Position numbers and translations under genes: made by a program
Origin: Schmidtea polychroa
Lineage: Eukaryota
Direction: 5' to 3'
Assembly: GCA_044892525.1 (NCBI GenBank)
Contig: CM097886.1
Location: 153,140,001 to 153,204,000 of the forward strand
Length of the DNA: 64,000 nucleotides
Shown: one piece after another, positions 47,845 through 60,800 of the stretch
Numbering within the stretch: position 1 is the first letter of the stretch
Layout: each line of letters opens with the position of its first letter
Notes under the pieces: model-generated
The model's input: the letters and a program-made list of their open reading frames with translations, nothing else
What the model was told of the DNA's origin: nothing
Databases searched by the model: none

Positions 47845-48926
47845 TTGCAGATACAAGACGACATATTGATGATTAATACAGATGGAAAAATTGCAGTTGT
47901 AGTACCTGACACGTACGTAAAGACATTAGTAAATTATTTTCGTATTGAATTATGCCATCTGGACATTAAGAAGACCTTATGTTATTTAAAAGATTTTTTC
48001 TTTTGGCCATCCATGAATCAGAGTATTACGGAATGTATTAATAAATGCAAGACCTGTGCTAGTAGAAAGATTGATCAAAGAAGAACAAAGGAAATCCTTT
48101 TGCCAAGAACAGGAGAAAGATTTTTAGAACAGATAGTAGTGGATATTGCATATATGGAAACAAAAGCAAGTAAGAAATATATGATAGTGATAATAGATCA
48201 GTTTAGTAAATTGGTCAATTTATCAGCAACAAGTACACAGGAGGAATCAACGATTTTCAATGTCATTCTGAATAATTGGATATATCGGTTTGGTAGACCA
48301 GAAAGCATTCTTACAGATAGAGGAAGAATTTTTGAAGGATCAATGTTTCGTGATTGACTGAAAAATTTGGCATAAAACAAGAATTTAGTTCACCATACCA
48401 ACATCAATCAAATGGTTTAGCTGAACGAATAATAAGAACATTTCGGGACATGCTGGCAACATCATTGACAGATATTAGAACAGAAAATAATTGGTGCAAA
48501 TAGTTACCAAAGATTGAATTTAGTTTGAATGCTACAGTACAAAACTCAACAAACCTTTCCCCCTTTGAAATTGTATATGGTCGGAAGATTAATTTATATT
48601 TTTTTTATATTTACATACAAAAAAGCCGAGAAGAAATTGTAAATAAAACAAAAACAAATTTAGAGAAAGCAGTGACAACAATGAAAAATAGAGATATAGA
48701 CAAGTGAGGTACTCAGGTACTCATGGTGGGAGAGGAAGTATTAGTTCGTTTGGAACCACATAGACAAAAAAAGGAGGGAATTCAATATGAGGGACCTTAC
48801 AAAATTTTAAAATTCTTATCACCAAGAGAAGTTGAATTACAATTTTCAAACTCAATCAAATCAAGAAGAATTGAATGGCTGAAAAGATGCAAAGAAAATG
48901 ACAAGGAGGAGAGTGATGTTCAATAA
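47845..48926 (+). pseudogene. Gypsy integrase remnant
   Basis: CHL..KKT...K..F.WP.M....C..CA zinc-binding region, IVVDIA, ILTDRG, SNGLAER and YEGPYKI. Contains stops and frameshifts. Confidence 0.85.
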
Positions 48927-49044
48927 TTAATGTTTATTAATTATATTTGTTTTAATAATACAAAGAACACGTTGGATTAGAAATTTAAATATACTTCATT
49001 TATTAATTGTTATTTATTATTATGAGTTGTGAAGAAATTGTAAC
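48917..49044 (+). repeat. Single LTR between a PPT and a PBS
   Basis: Preceded by the purine tract AAGGAGGAGAGTGA, starts TGTT, ends GTAAC, and is followed by PBS-like TGGAGACCACGCCGAG and a gag-like ORF. Confidence 0.65.
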
Positions 49045-49105
49045 TGGAGACCACGCCGAGAAAATCGAGCCGATTCACGTAGTGACAAGAAATCAACATT
49101 GAAAG

Positions 49106-49375
49106 ATGGTTATGGAATCTTTACCTAAACAGGCAAAAGATATTTTAAATTTTAATATCAGAAGATTCGATGGCCGAAGCACGATAGAAGCAGTGAAATG
49201 GCTCAAGGATATTGAAGATTGGATGATCCTTAATGATCTAAATTTAGTAAGTATTTTTGATTTGTTATTGTCTGAAGAAGCATCTATTCTCTGGAAAGAA
49301 TTTAAAGACATCTTAACAACAAATGAAATAGCTCGTGAATGGTTTAATGACACATATACACCCAGTGTAAGTTAG
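49106..49375 (+). pseudogene. Retrotransposon gag N-terminal fragment
   Basis: IRRFDG......KWL..IE......L....L..EA..LW pattern, located directly after the PBS. Confidence 0.6.
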
Positions 49376-49583
49376 AAATTGTAACTATGTTATAATCATA
49401 GCATAATCATAAATTTGATGAAATCAATTCTAGAAGCATCGATAAATAATTGAAAAATATCAAACTCCATAACTCGATTACTCACTTCTACCGCAGTCAA
49501 GAAGTGTATGCAAACAGACCAGAGTAGTCAGAATTAACCAAGTTTAGTTTAATTAATTGTGTAATATTTATGTATTTTATATG

Positions 49584-49633
<50 letters not shown>
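49584..49633. repeat. (AAT)n microsatellite
   Basis: Direct reading. Confidence 0.95.
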
Positions 49634-50329
49634 TACAACACCTTAAAATTATAAAAGTATGTAGATTAACACTTTTCACCCGTTTTTTTCCTGATGCTCT
49701 TTTTGATGAACTTTTGTGTGTAGATCACATTTTTGCCGTCGGGGTTAAAAAATTTTGATAAATAGTTCTTCACTCATAAGGGTTAAAAATCATATATATC
49801 GCAAAATATGATCTAGGTGTTTTTTTAGTTTTCTAAATAGTTTTAAGCTTATATTCCTATTTACAAAAATTGAAAAACCCTAATTTCCAAGTAACATGTT
49901 ACATTTAAGAAACTGTCCTACGAGATTGCCGATTTTTATATTTTATACCTCCAATTCTATAATGGAAACAATGAAAAATGTGATAATTCTTAATTAATTT
50001 TTCTGCTAAATAACGTTTAAAAATTAAAAATTAAGTTCTGATTTCAGCTGAAAGAGCTAATCGTGTTATAAATAGGAATCTTATATTATAGGATGTTGTT
50101 AAAATAATGTTTATTTTCCCGCTAATTTAGGTGCATTCTCATTACTTTAAATTAAAACTTCCAATTTGTGAGTTCATTTGAATTTATATAAACTGCAACG
50201 AAACAAAAGCGTCATGTCAAAATTATCGATGAATATTGTCGAGAGAAGTTTTAAAACATAACAAAAGAATTTGAAAAATCAAGTATAGAATACAGTACAG
50301 CAGTTGTAGAATTCAAATAGTTTAACAAC

Positions 50330-50700
50330 CACTTGAAATAATTGCTGCTTCAACTTAGTTCTCCTCATCTATTTCATCAAAATTCCATAGAACTTCAATT
50401 AAGTTACATGTAGAGGAAACAGCTTTAAATTTACTCATAAATCCATCTATAAATGGTACAGTGATCTCGTTAAAATTGTGATTGTGAAAATATACTTCTG
50501 CAGGTCCTTATTCGGCGATTTCTCGCAAATTCTGCAACAATTTCATTAGATGGTGCTATTTGCTTTGACTCGGACTGAACCGAATCCCAAGCATTTTTAA
50601 TTTTCTTTATATTTTCAATAAGTGTATCAATATTAATTTTTTCTGTTGTCAATGTTGATTTTTGCACTTGCCGAATTAAATTTGTTTGATACCAGAACCT
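50330..50700 (-). pseudogene. hAT (Tip100/ZMYM1-like) transposase fragment
   Basis: QKS..........NAWDSV..E.KQIA....I..EF...RR and VPFIDGF...F resemble the hAT C-terminal half. Confidence 0.45.
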
Positions 50701-50719
50701 TCATCCAAATATATATAAC

Positions 50720-51237
50720 ACGATAGAACTCTCGAGCAACGTTCGAATATAAATGCCTCATCGCGAGAGGCTGTCCGATCTTTGGCATTTCGTAGTATAA
50801 GCAGCAGCATGGTTCTCAGATCAGAATTTTAATGGGCATGTTTATGTCGAACTCCTTAGTATCTCTAAATCCCGATATAAGAAGGCAATAAAATGCTTCA
50901 AAAGACATTGGTTAAATGAAGAATCAGTTATTGATGTTTCCCTTTCCAATAGTGTGACTGAAAGAGCAGTGAAGATGATAGAAGACCTTTCGAGAAAATG
51001 CAAAAATGACGAATACCTAAACCTCAGATTTGTAAATACAAATTTAGAATTATAAACATTGTAATTAATAAATGTTTGAATTTTTGAATATAATTGAATT
51101 TCTGACTATATGTTTTAAGTGTGGTGCGCGACGTTTTTGAATATTTATCACTAAAAAAAGTCATATATGCTATTTTTATATAAAACTTCATCTTATGCTG
51201 CTACAGGCTTCTCTTTTAAAAAAAAGTCATAACCCTA
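50720..51237 (+). mobile_element. 3' remnant of a second hAT-like element
   Basis: HW....SVIDV..SN...ERAVK..E.L..KCK.D.YLNLRF, followed by a candidate terminus ...ACCCTA at 51237 (reverse complement TAGGGT). Confidence 0.5.
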
Positions 51238-51880
51238 TACATTTTAGAGTTTGTGATGACAATGTGAAAGTTGACAAATATTGTGATAATAAAGGATGTA
51301 TGGTTAATAAAGCTGAAATTAGTTTTTAAACACCAATTTGACCTCTAAAGAGAGGGGAGGTTCTGATGGTATTGAAATAACTCAAGTCACTACTAACATT
51401 TGTTATGTATTTCCCCTCTGTATTGTTATGTATATAATGTAATAATTTAAGCTTTCGTGAATAACATACGCATTATATACCTGTTGTTTTATATAATAAC
51501 TTTTTATATAATAAAAGACAAAAATAAATCACATTGAATTTGCAATTTACTGTGAAACAAGAATGATTCACCACTAGTTTAAAAGTTGAACCATGGCAAT
51601 AAAATGTGAACGTCGAAATCAGAACCCGTTTTATTTCATTTTAGGCTGGCAAAAAATGACCATAATTTGATAGCTTATATTCACTATAATTTATTATTGT
51701 AAACAAGCATCTGAGGGTTTATTTGCTCAGTGCACGTAATTAAAATAAAATATATGCTTGAAAATTAATAATTTCAAAACCCTCTAATTAAAGAAATAAT
51801 ATTCAAACAGTGCAAAGTTATCACAATTCTAATTATAAACCAAACAGAAGGCTAAGCTAAAGTCGGTTCATAAAAATTAG

Positions 51881-54800
51881 TTATGGTCTTCTAATAATTT
51901 TGAGTATAATTGGTCTTTCTGGTCCACCAAAGCCAGTTTTTTTGAATTTAATAACATCCTAAAATAATTATTAAACATCAAAAAAATTTACAAACTTGCC
52001 AATGTTTCAGCACAGGGTACCAATTCAAATTGTTTTAGTATGTTCACTAAGGCCATTTTAATTTCTAAAACCGCAAAACGCATGCCTACACAATTTCTGG
52101 GACCCATGCCAAAAGGCATAAAGCTATATATGCTTCGGGTCTTTTTATTTTCGTTATCAAATCTGAATCAGATGTATAAATTATGCAAATAATAACAATA
52201 ATAATAATAGACCTATGTAAATCGAATTTATGTGGATCTGGCCAAATCTCTGGATCCGTATGAATCGCGTAAATAGGAACAGTAAAAACATCTCCTTTTT
52301 TAGCATTTATCTTTTGATTATCCGAAGTTACTAGAACAACATCTTCTGTACACACGCGATCTACACGGGACGCTGGAGGACAAATTCTTAGTGATTCATT
52401 AATTGCTGCTTCTAATAGCGGTAAATTCGAAATTTTTTCATAGGAAATTTCTCCCTTTGATAAAATTTTTTTAATAATTTTTTATTTGAATTATTGATAT
52501 ATTGAAATAATGTTTGATTAACCACTTGTGTTGGAATGACGCAATATGCGCGTTGACTATGACCTGTGCCAAATGTCGATGTATGATTTAATTATAACGA
52601 AATTTATCAATTAGACTGTAAGTGATTAATTTCAAACAAATTAAATAATACATTCAAATATATTTTGTTTGAATTGTGATAAAAAAATTAATATTTAAAA
52701 TCTTCAATGTCTTCAATTAAAGAAATTCTAACAGTTGATACTATATATTTTCACTTGAAAAAGGCAGTGCCGAAAATTCGTGAGTATCAACAAACATCGA
52801 TATATTACTGATTTATAGTCTTANNNNNNNNNNNNNNNNNNNNNNNNNNNNNNNNNNNNNNNNNNNNNNNNNNNNNNNNNNNNNNNNNNNNNNNNNNNNN
52901 NNNNNNNNNNNNNNNNNNNNNNNNNNNNNNNNNNNNNNNNNNNNNNNNNNNNNNNNNNNNNNNNNNNNNNNNNNNCGTAGTTCTATCAACATTGACCCAG
53001 CTATATTTTAAGATGCCCTCTTTTTCTTAACTTCATCTTTTAATATATAGGAAAGATCTCTTTTTGAAAATGTCCTCTTTTCCTCTTTCTGGGTATTTAA
53101 ACAAAATAATATAATATATATGCATGAAGTGGAGGCACTACAATTCCAATCATTATGTAACTGAGTAACTATTAACTAAAAATCAAGATTACGTTAATAG
53201 ATTGAAGGATAATCAAAGAGAAAAAGTTTAAAAAATAAAATCAATATGTTTTAACTATAAATGAAATCTTGCAAAATTTGACAATTTGAAAAATAATCAA
53301 AGAATTTACTAGTAGATGAACATGCATTTAGATCATGTAATAACAAGCATGAAACGCTTCTCCAAATCTACAGATGACTATAATTTCTGAGAGACTGTTC
53401 GAACAATACAGTAGCTATCTCATATTCGAAATTTTTATTTAATAAAAGCTAGTGGAATTTATTTAATATTATTATTATTAATAATAAGGACTTTGCTTTG
53501 TGTTTAAAGATGTATTTATTTTAAAATATGTTATTTAATCAAAATTATTAAATTCACATAAACACAAAAAAGGAATAGGGTCAAATCTAATATTAGATTA
53601 CTTTATTTTGAATTATACTTTTGAGATCATATAATGAGTTATTAAAGTATTTACAAAGGACACAAATTTAGTTTATACGCCAAATAACTTAGGTCTTACA
53701 CGAAAATTTCTATTAATGAAACAATTTTATATTTAAAAATTCATCAATTTAATTTAATAAATACGATTATTGTCAGGTTGCTATTTAGAAAATTTATTAC
53801 ATCGATTCCTTTTCTTATTTCATTACAAAAACTGCTTATTAGTGTGCTGGTCACAATATCAGAATTATCATACAAAATTTATTATTATTTATAAGATATT
53901 AAAATATTAAAAATTAAATATTATATTAAGTAATTAAAATATATTTGTTTATCTATACACTTTAATTTTACTTTTCCGAAATTCAAAAATCTAATTCAAG
54001 CATGTCCAAAAAATCAGTGAAGTTGCTGAAGAAATTGAATCATCAGAAGTAGCTGCTGAAGTTGAAGAAACCGAACAAAGCCAATCAACAGATTGATAAA
54101 TATATCTTGGATTTTATTATCAAATTATATCTTATTACAATTAGTTATTCACAATGAACGAACTTTAATTTTCTTCATTCATAATTTTTTTTTCTTCATA
54201 AATGCTATCGGCAAATTTTTGTGATTTTAATCACGAATTTTAGTGATCTATTATATTAAACAAGAAATATTGAAAAAGAAAACCCGATACTTTGATATTT
54301 TAATTTAAAACTCAAAATTAATAATATAATAACTAAATCTTCAATAAAATGACATACATCAATTCCAAAAACGTTGATTATCTCACGATAAACGTCTTGC
54401 TGAGCTTCTGGATTTTTAGCCAAAAAATATGCTACGTAAGTTAATGAAGTCGCGGTAGTTTCGTAGCCAGCCAATAGAAAAAGGAAAGATTGAGCGATAA
54501 TTTCAGAATTGGTTAAAGATCTTGAATTAAAATTTTGCAATTGTTCAGGATCAGAATCATCGATGTCTTTTTTTGCTTTCATCATTTCCGACAAAAAGTC
54601 ATTGAATTGCTGAATTAATATTATCTCAATGATCAAATAAATATCTTGTAAATTTAAATAATTTTTATACACTTTTTTTAATGTTTTACAATAATTTTTC
54701 ATTAACAGCATTTATCAATTAAAATATAAATTAATTGTCTAAATTGTTGCGCGCAACAGCTGCATAGTTCTGACGCAGCCTTGCTTCTTCTTCCAAATCA

Positions 54801-57800
54801 CAGTTTGATTATCTCACGATAAACGCCTTGCTGAGCTTCTGGATTTTTAGCCAGAAAATATCATTTTATATTCCTAAAATATTTGAATTTGTTTTAATTT
54901 GCGAGCAAATTTTCTTACACCAAATGAAATAGAAAATGAACAAAAGGAAACTTTTTTGAAATTCCTAAAACAATATCAAAACGTTTTCTATTTCAAAATT
55001 TATTATCAAAGTCTTTTCTCAAATTTAATATACATATTTTCGATAAATGTTAAATAATTTTCTAAATTAAATAAACAATCGATAATTTCACATACAATTC
55101 ATCAAATAATCAATCACGCGTTTAATAAAAGCTCTAACGCAAGTTGTGATTATTAATTAATAATGACTAAATTTTTATGATTATCATTATTTAATTTACT
55201 AGTTTTCTTCAAACTAGCATCATAAATTATTTTATTGATCTATTGTCATTTAACGACTGAAAGAAATCTATATTTTCGAAAATTGGTGAAAAATAACAAT
55301 TGTTCAAATATCGATCTAAGTTTAACCCGGGAAAATCTAAATGACTTAAAATATCACTTCTACTTTACTAAACAACAAAAGAAACACAATGACCAAAAAA
55401 TTCATTATTAATTACATGGAATGTTGAAAAAGGCTTAACTTTAGGGATATGTAGTACTCGTCAAGAAGCATAAAAGCAAGTATGGGCATGAAAATGCTTA
55501 CTTTAAAACTTATATTAAGTTTGATTAATAAAAAAAGTTATTATAAAATATGTTAACATTAATTTTATTTACAGAAGATTTAAATATGTTCCCTGTTCAT
55601 TTCAATACACAATGTAGTACACTTCATCATTGAAGATCGAACACTTTCAAAGATTTCCAGCCTTTTTTTTCGTTTTTCCCGACAACAGTATTATTATCAT
55701 ACAGAATTATCATAAAAAATTTTTTATTATTTATAAGATATTATAATATTAAAAATTAAATATTATATTAAGTAATTAAAATATATTTGTTTATCTCATT
55801 TTTGTTTATACACTTTAATCTTACTTTTCCGAAATTCAAAATTCTAATTCAAGCATGTCCAACAAAATCATTAATTTAATATTAATTATACTAATTTAAC
55901 ACTTTAATTTATTTTATTTTTTTTCCACTTTTTTATGAGTAATAAATATTTATAATTGATATATAAATTTTACATAAAATTATTCTTACATTGATTTGGG
56001 CATTTTTCAATTGAAAATGCGCTTTGAAACACTTTACAGTGAATTACTATTAATGCAAAAAAATTACTTCCGGTGATTTTTGTCTTTCCTCAATGGCCTT
56101 GTTGAGGTTTCTGACGAAAAATTCCATTGTTTTTCTTCCAAGAAATTCCCAGTTGGGGAAAAATTTGCGAAGAATTGGTGAAATTTCAGGAAAAAACACT
56201 AAAAATTATAAATAATTCAAAAATGCTATTGTCAATATTTACAAATTATGATGAGCATTGGATTGAATAATGAAAACTTGAATAACGCTTTGGCATTAAT
56301 AATAAATTGATTATTGGGATTTGTCTGTGAATCGATATGCATTCCAAACATCGTCCGGGCAATCATATCCATTGTTAATGCCCCAAAAACCCTTAAATAT
56401 AATATTCAATTTTAAAATATAAATAATTGTATAAACTCATGTGTAACATAAACTTTATGGTACGATAAGTGTCAGTGAATTCATTTAATACACAAAACAG
56501 TAATAAATAGTAAAACTTTGGAAAATATTATCCAAGGACCAATTCTATAATAGTGTTTCGGTTTTCCAGGTAAGCCAACTATTTAATATTGGAAGGTTGA
56601 ATGTCTACAAGCCTTTCATTAAACAATTGCAGAAAGTCAAATTGTTTAAATTATTTAATTCCTGGAAAAACTCCAGTATAAAATTCTTTCTTCTATGTCT
56701 TCATTTAAGTCAAGCTATTCTTTAAAATAATTCTATTCTCGGTTTAGTTATAAAGATATACCACTCTGATTAATTTCTAGTAAATCAAAAATAGAGGAAA
56801 TTCGTATTTCTTTTACCATATTTAACACTAGAAATTTTACTTTTAATATCTTTAAAATTATTTGCATTCTTTGCACATCCTGGTAATAATATCAACTCCA
56901 TACTATCGTTTACTTCCAACGCCCATAACACATTTCGAACTTTCTCCTCATCTGTTGAAATGTGGGTCTCTAATGAAAATTTCGAGATCTGTAATAGACT
57001 TAGACGCATTGACACTAATGTAAATTATCTTTTCTAAAAATTTTATTATTCCTTATAGAAAAATACTAAACTCTGCTTGTGGCGCCGTTATACAAAGACT
57101 AAAATTAAATTTAAAATTATATTTATTATCATGGGCGTCCACAGGAATTTTTCCAAGGGGGCGCAAAAATATATTTATATAAATATACAAAATAGAACTT
57201 TTTTTCATTAATTTACAAAATAAAACACTTTTTTTAAAACCAGAACGTTTGAAAGTTTTTATACAAATAAAATGATTTGAAATCATTGATTTCCAGATAT
57301 AATTAATAACATTAAAAAAAACAGGAAGCCTCTTTAAATTAAATTTTTTTGTCTTGGGTTTTTCCAACATTGTTTGAGCGCATCTATTAAAATGTGTTTA
57401 AATTAATCGAAAAATAGAATAGTTTGGTAAATTCAGGATGAGGGCAAGTGCCAACACTTGCTCCCCCCATTTCGGACGCCCATGCTCATTATACACAATG
57501 AAATTCTGTCGTTTTCTAATATTATTTAAATACATTTTTTTAGAATATTTTTTTCTTGCGACTACAGATCTTTTCAAACACATGCTTTGTGTTAAATTGG
57601 AAAAATTAAACATTTGTCTATAGTTGTAAAGAAGATAAATTTTTTTAATTTGAAAATTCTATCAAATTAACAGATTTTAGTAAAGTTTTATTAATTTAAA
57701 TCATTAAATATTTAATGCCTGAATTTAAATAAAATTTTGTTAAAATCATTGATTTTTGCACCAACTTTTAAAGTAAAGGTTATTTTAAAAAGTATTTTTA

Positions 57801-60800
57801 AAAAGTTGAATAATCTATAAATATTAGAAATATGTCTAATAATACCTTTAATAATATTTAATTTAATTTATTTTATGCATATTCTTTATAAGTCTTTATT
57901 AGTATTATTTTTTATTTTAAATGCTTAGAATTGTGATGTAAAATGTCAGGGTTATTATCAACTGTAGAATTGACTTCATTCTTTATTTTATTGAGATCTC
58001 AAAATTCAATGTCCTATATGTAATATTAATCAAAACTTTTATGTCTTAACACTAAATTTTGTCTATAATAATTAATTAATGATAATTAATTATTTTAGCC
58101 AAAATTTGTGTATAATAACAATAAAATTACATGTGAAAAGGTTAAAGAATATACATACTCTTTTACATCAATTGGATCCTTTTCTGGAATATCTGCCAAC
58201 CTTTTATTCAGTAAATCAATGCAATCTTTCATTAACGGAGACATCTAAACAAATACAATATAAAAAAGTAAAAAATTCCTAAATATTACAATTATACAAT
58301 TGGAACTTAATTTTTAAAAAAATTCAATAGTTATTTTTTTCTAATTTATATCTATATATATCTAATTTATATCTATATATATCTATCTTTGTTAGTAAGT
58401 CAGTTAATCTCTGACCCCTTGTATTCCCTTTTATAAACCAAACGACTAAAACCCAATAGAGAACAAATTTATAGTCACAATATTTGAAATCTTCTTTCCA
58501 AAACAAATTTTTACACTTAAATCAGAAAACCCAATGGACAATAAACCTTTTCTGGTACGTCTATTTTTAGTAAAGAACTCGTTTACAATTATTTTGCCTC
58601 TTCGCCTGTTTAATCCTTTTGGCGCTCTAACTTTATTTCTGATATTTTTCGACCAACTGGCAATTCATTTCTTTTCCATGTTTCTTTTTATACTGTTGTT
58701 AAAATGATGATTTGATTAATATCAGGCAATTATTTCCGAATTTTGAATTTAATTGTTATCAAAACAAATTAATTTGCCCCGTCTTTCCACCTGACGCCTG
58801 GACCGTTTATCAACAATTATTTTGGTGATTATTCGGGTTTCAACATATCTTGGCTCTTTATACAGCTCAAGTTTTCTACATTGCTCGAGTTTCCCATTAT
58901 TGGCTTAATTAATTTTAATATAATTTTCTCTAGGGATTCCTCACTAAATTATTATTATTTTTGGGTTTGCCTCATGATTCGGCGTTCAACCATACCCATT
59001 CCCCATGTACAATATTCACTTTCAATTTTTAATGAATATTGCAGTTTTATTATCTTGTTTTTATATTGGTTTTTACCGAGCTCTTATTTTATTTTTTTGT
59101 GCCTTTTTAATATTAAACCCAACATATATATTGGATAATATCAAATTATTCCATAACTATTAATTTAAATCGACAAAATGACATTTTTATTTTAATTCTA
59201 CCTGAAAATCCACTGATCTTATTGAAAGATACATAAAATTTCCTATTTTTCATTTAGTAACAACTTAAATATTTAGAAATTTTATTTTTTAACAATCAGT
59301 TCTCCAATTGCTTTACTGAGATTTTGTTTTAAATGACTTCTTACAAATCAATTTTCTGATAAAACAAAAGATAATATATTATTTTTATTATCAAACCATT
59401 TCCCTTAATGAACTGATATAAATTTATTAATTTAATTAATTTAATTATAATGATTAATTTATGTTTGGATAAAAGACAATGTATTATTTTGTAATTAAGT
59501 CATTAAACTCTTTGCATTTAAGCCTTAGAAGAATCCCAAATGCATTATCCTAATGTTGCGTCAATTTACTTTATCACTAATTACATTTTTCTTTCTTTTT
59601 CCAAAAAAATTATTGATTATTCTCCTTTAGTTTGGTGAATTTAGTTAATTTTTTAATTAGGTAGTTTTGGTATTACTCAAACAATTTTGAGAGAATGTAT
59701 TCTTATTATATATAAACAATTTTTTTCGAAAATATAGGTACAATTAAGGTACAATAAAGGCAGGAACAATAAATGCGCAGATAAATCTATATCGAATCGT
59801 GAATTAAGTATTTATAACTAGATTCTAAAAAATGCATATAGTGATTAAAAAAGGATATATGGACTAGCTGGAGATATTTCCTGTTTTATCTGCGGTTTTA
59901 TTGTTCGCGCCGTTTTCACTGAGCCGTTATTGGGGTAAACCCATTTATAATATATTAAAATATTAGACGCAAATATTTACTGGTCATAGGGTGATTTTCA
60001 AAATACAAACTCCCAATTAATTTGTGGACCAGAATACCAAAATTCAAATAATTTTACTGTAATATTAATTTAAATGTTTAATTATTACCTTTCTCAATTT
60101 TCCAGATGTAAAAGTCGGAGACACTAAATTACGAACTCTTTCCCAATCTTTTCCTTTCAATATAATCAACATTTTCTCTCCTATTTTCCCATTTGATCCA
60201 ATATCCTAAATGATTTGATTTAAAATTTTTTGATTATCTTATTTAATTCAATATAAAAAGGACATCAATAGACATTTTGAGTTATTACGATATCTCATAA
60301 AAAGGAATAGCAAAAAACTAAAAATTTGGGTTTTGGTTTTTGTATTTTAGTTTGTCCGATTTTGTTAATATTTAGGGGATTCACACAATTTTATTTGGGG
60401 ATAGATTTGTACAAACAAAGAATCAATCATTGTTCCTTGTTGAAATAGTTTCTACTTATATTTTTGTTATAATTACTAAATTCGTAATAAAAAAAATTCA
60501 GAATGAAAAGAAAGTGTAAAAGATAAAATAATAAAATAATAGTGATATGCCAATGAGTCAAGCAATCATAATAGAGAAAGCAAAATGTTAATTTGAGGAG
60601 TTAGACAAAGATAACTCTGAAGAACCTTGCACTAACTCATCAGTAGAAACGTTTGCATCAAGTGAGGATGGTTCGAAAAGTTTAAGGTTCGTACTAATAT
60701 TCACAACATAAACATTTGAGAAGAGGCTACTAGTGCCGATGTAGGTGCTGCGAAAGAATTTACTCGTTAATAGTTTAAAAATATTCTCCAGAATTAATAT

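Noticed and set aside
53995-54100. Acidic plus-strand peptide KHVQKISEVAEEIESSEVAAEVEETEQSQSTD
   Set aside because: Short, low complexity, and without a supported start or splice acceptor.
56785-57015. Minus-strand ORF as an additional CYP-B exon
   Set aside because: It has no P450 similarity and the CYP-B frame is complete without it. At most it is a gag-like scrap.
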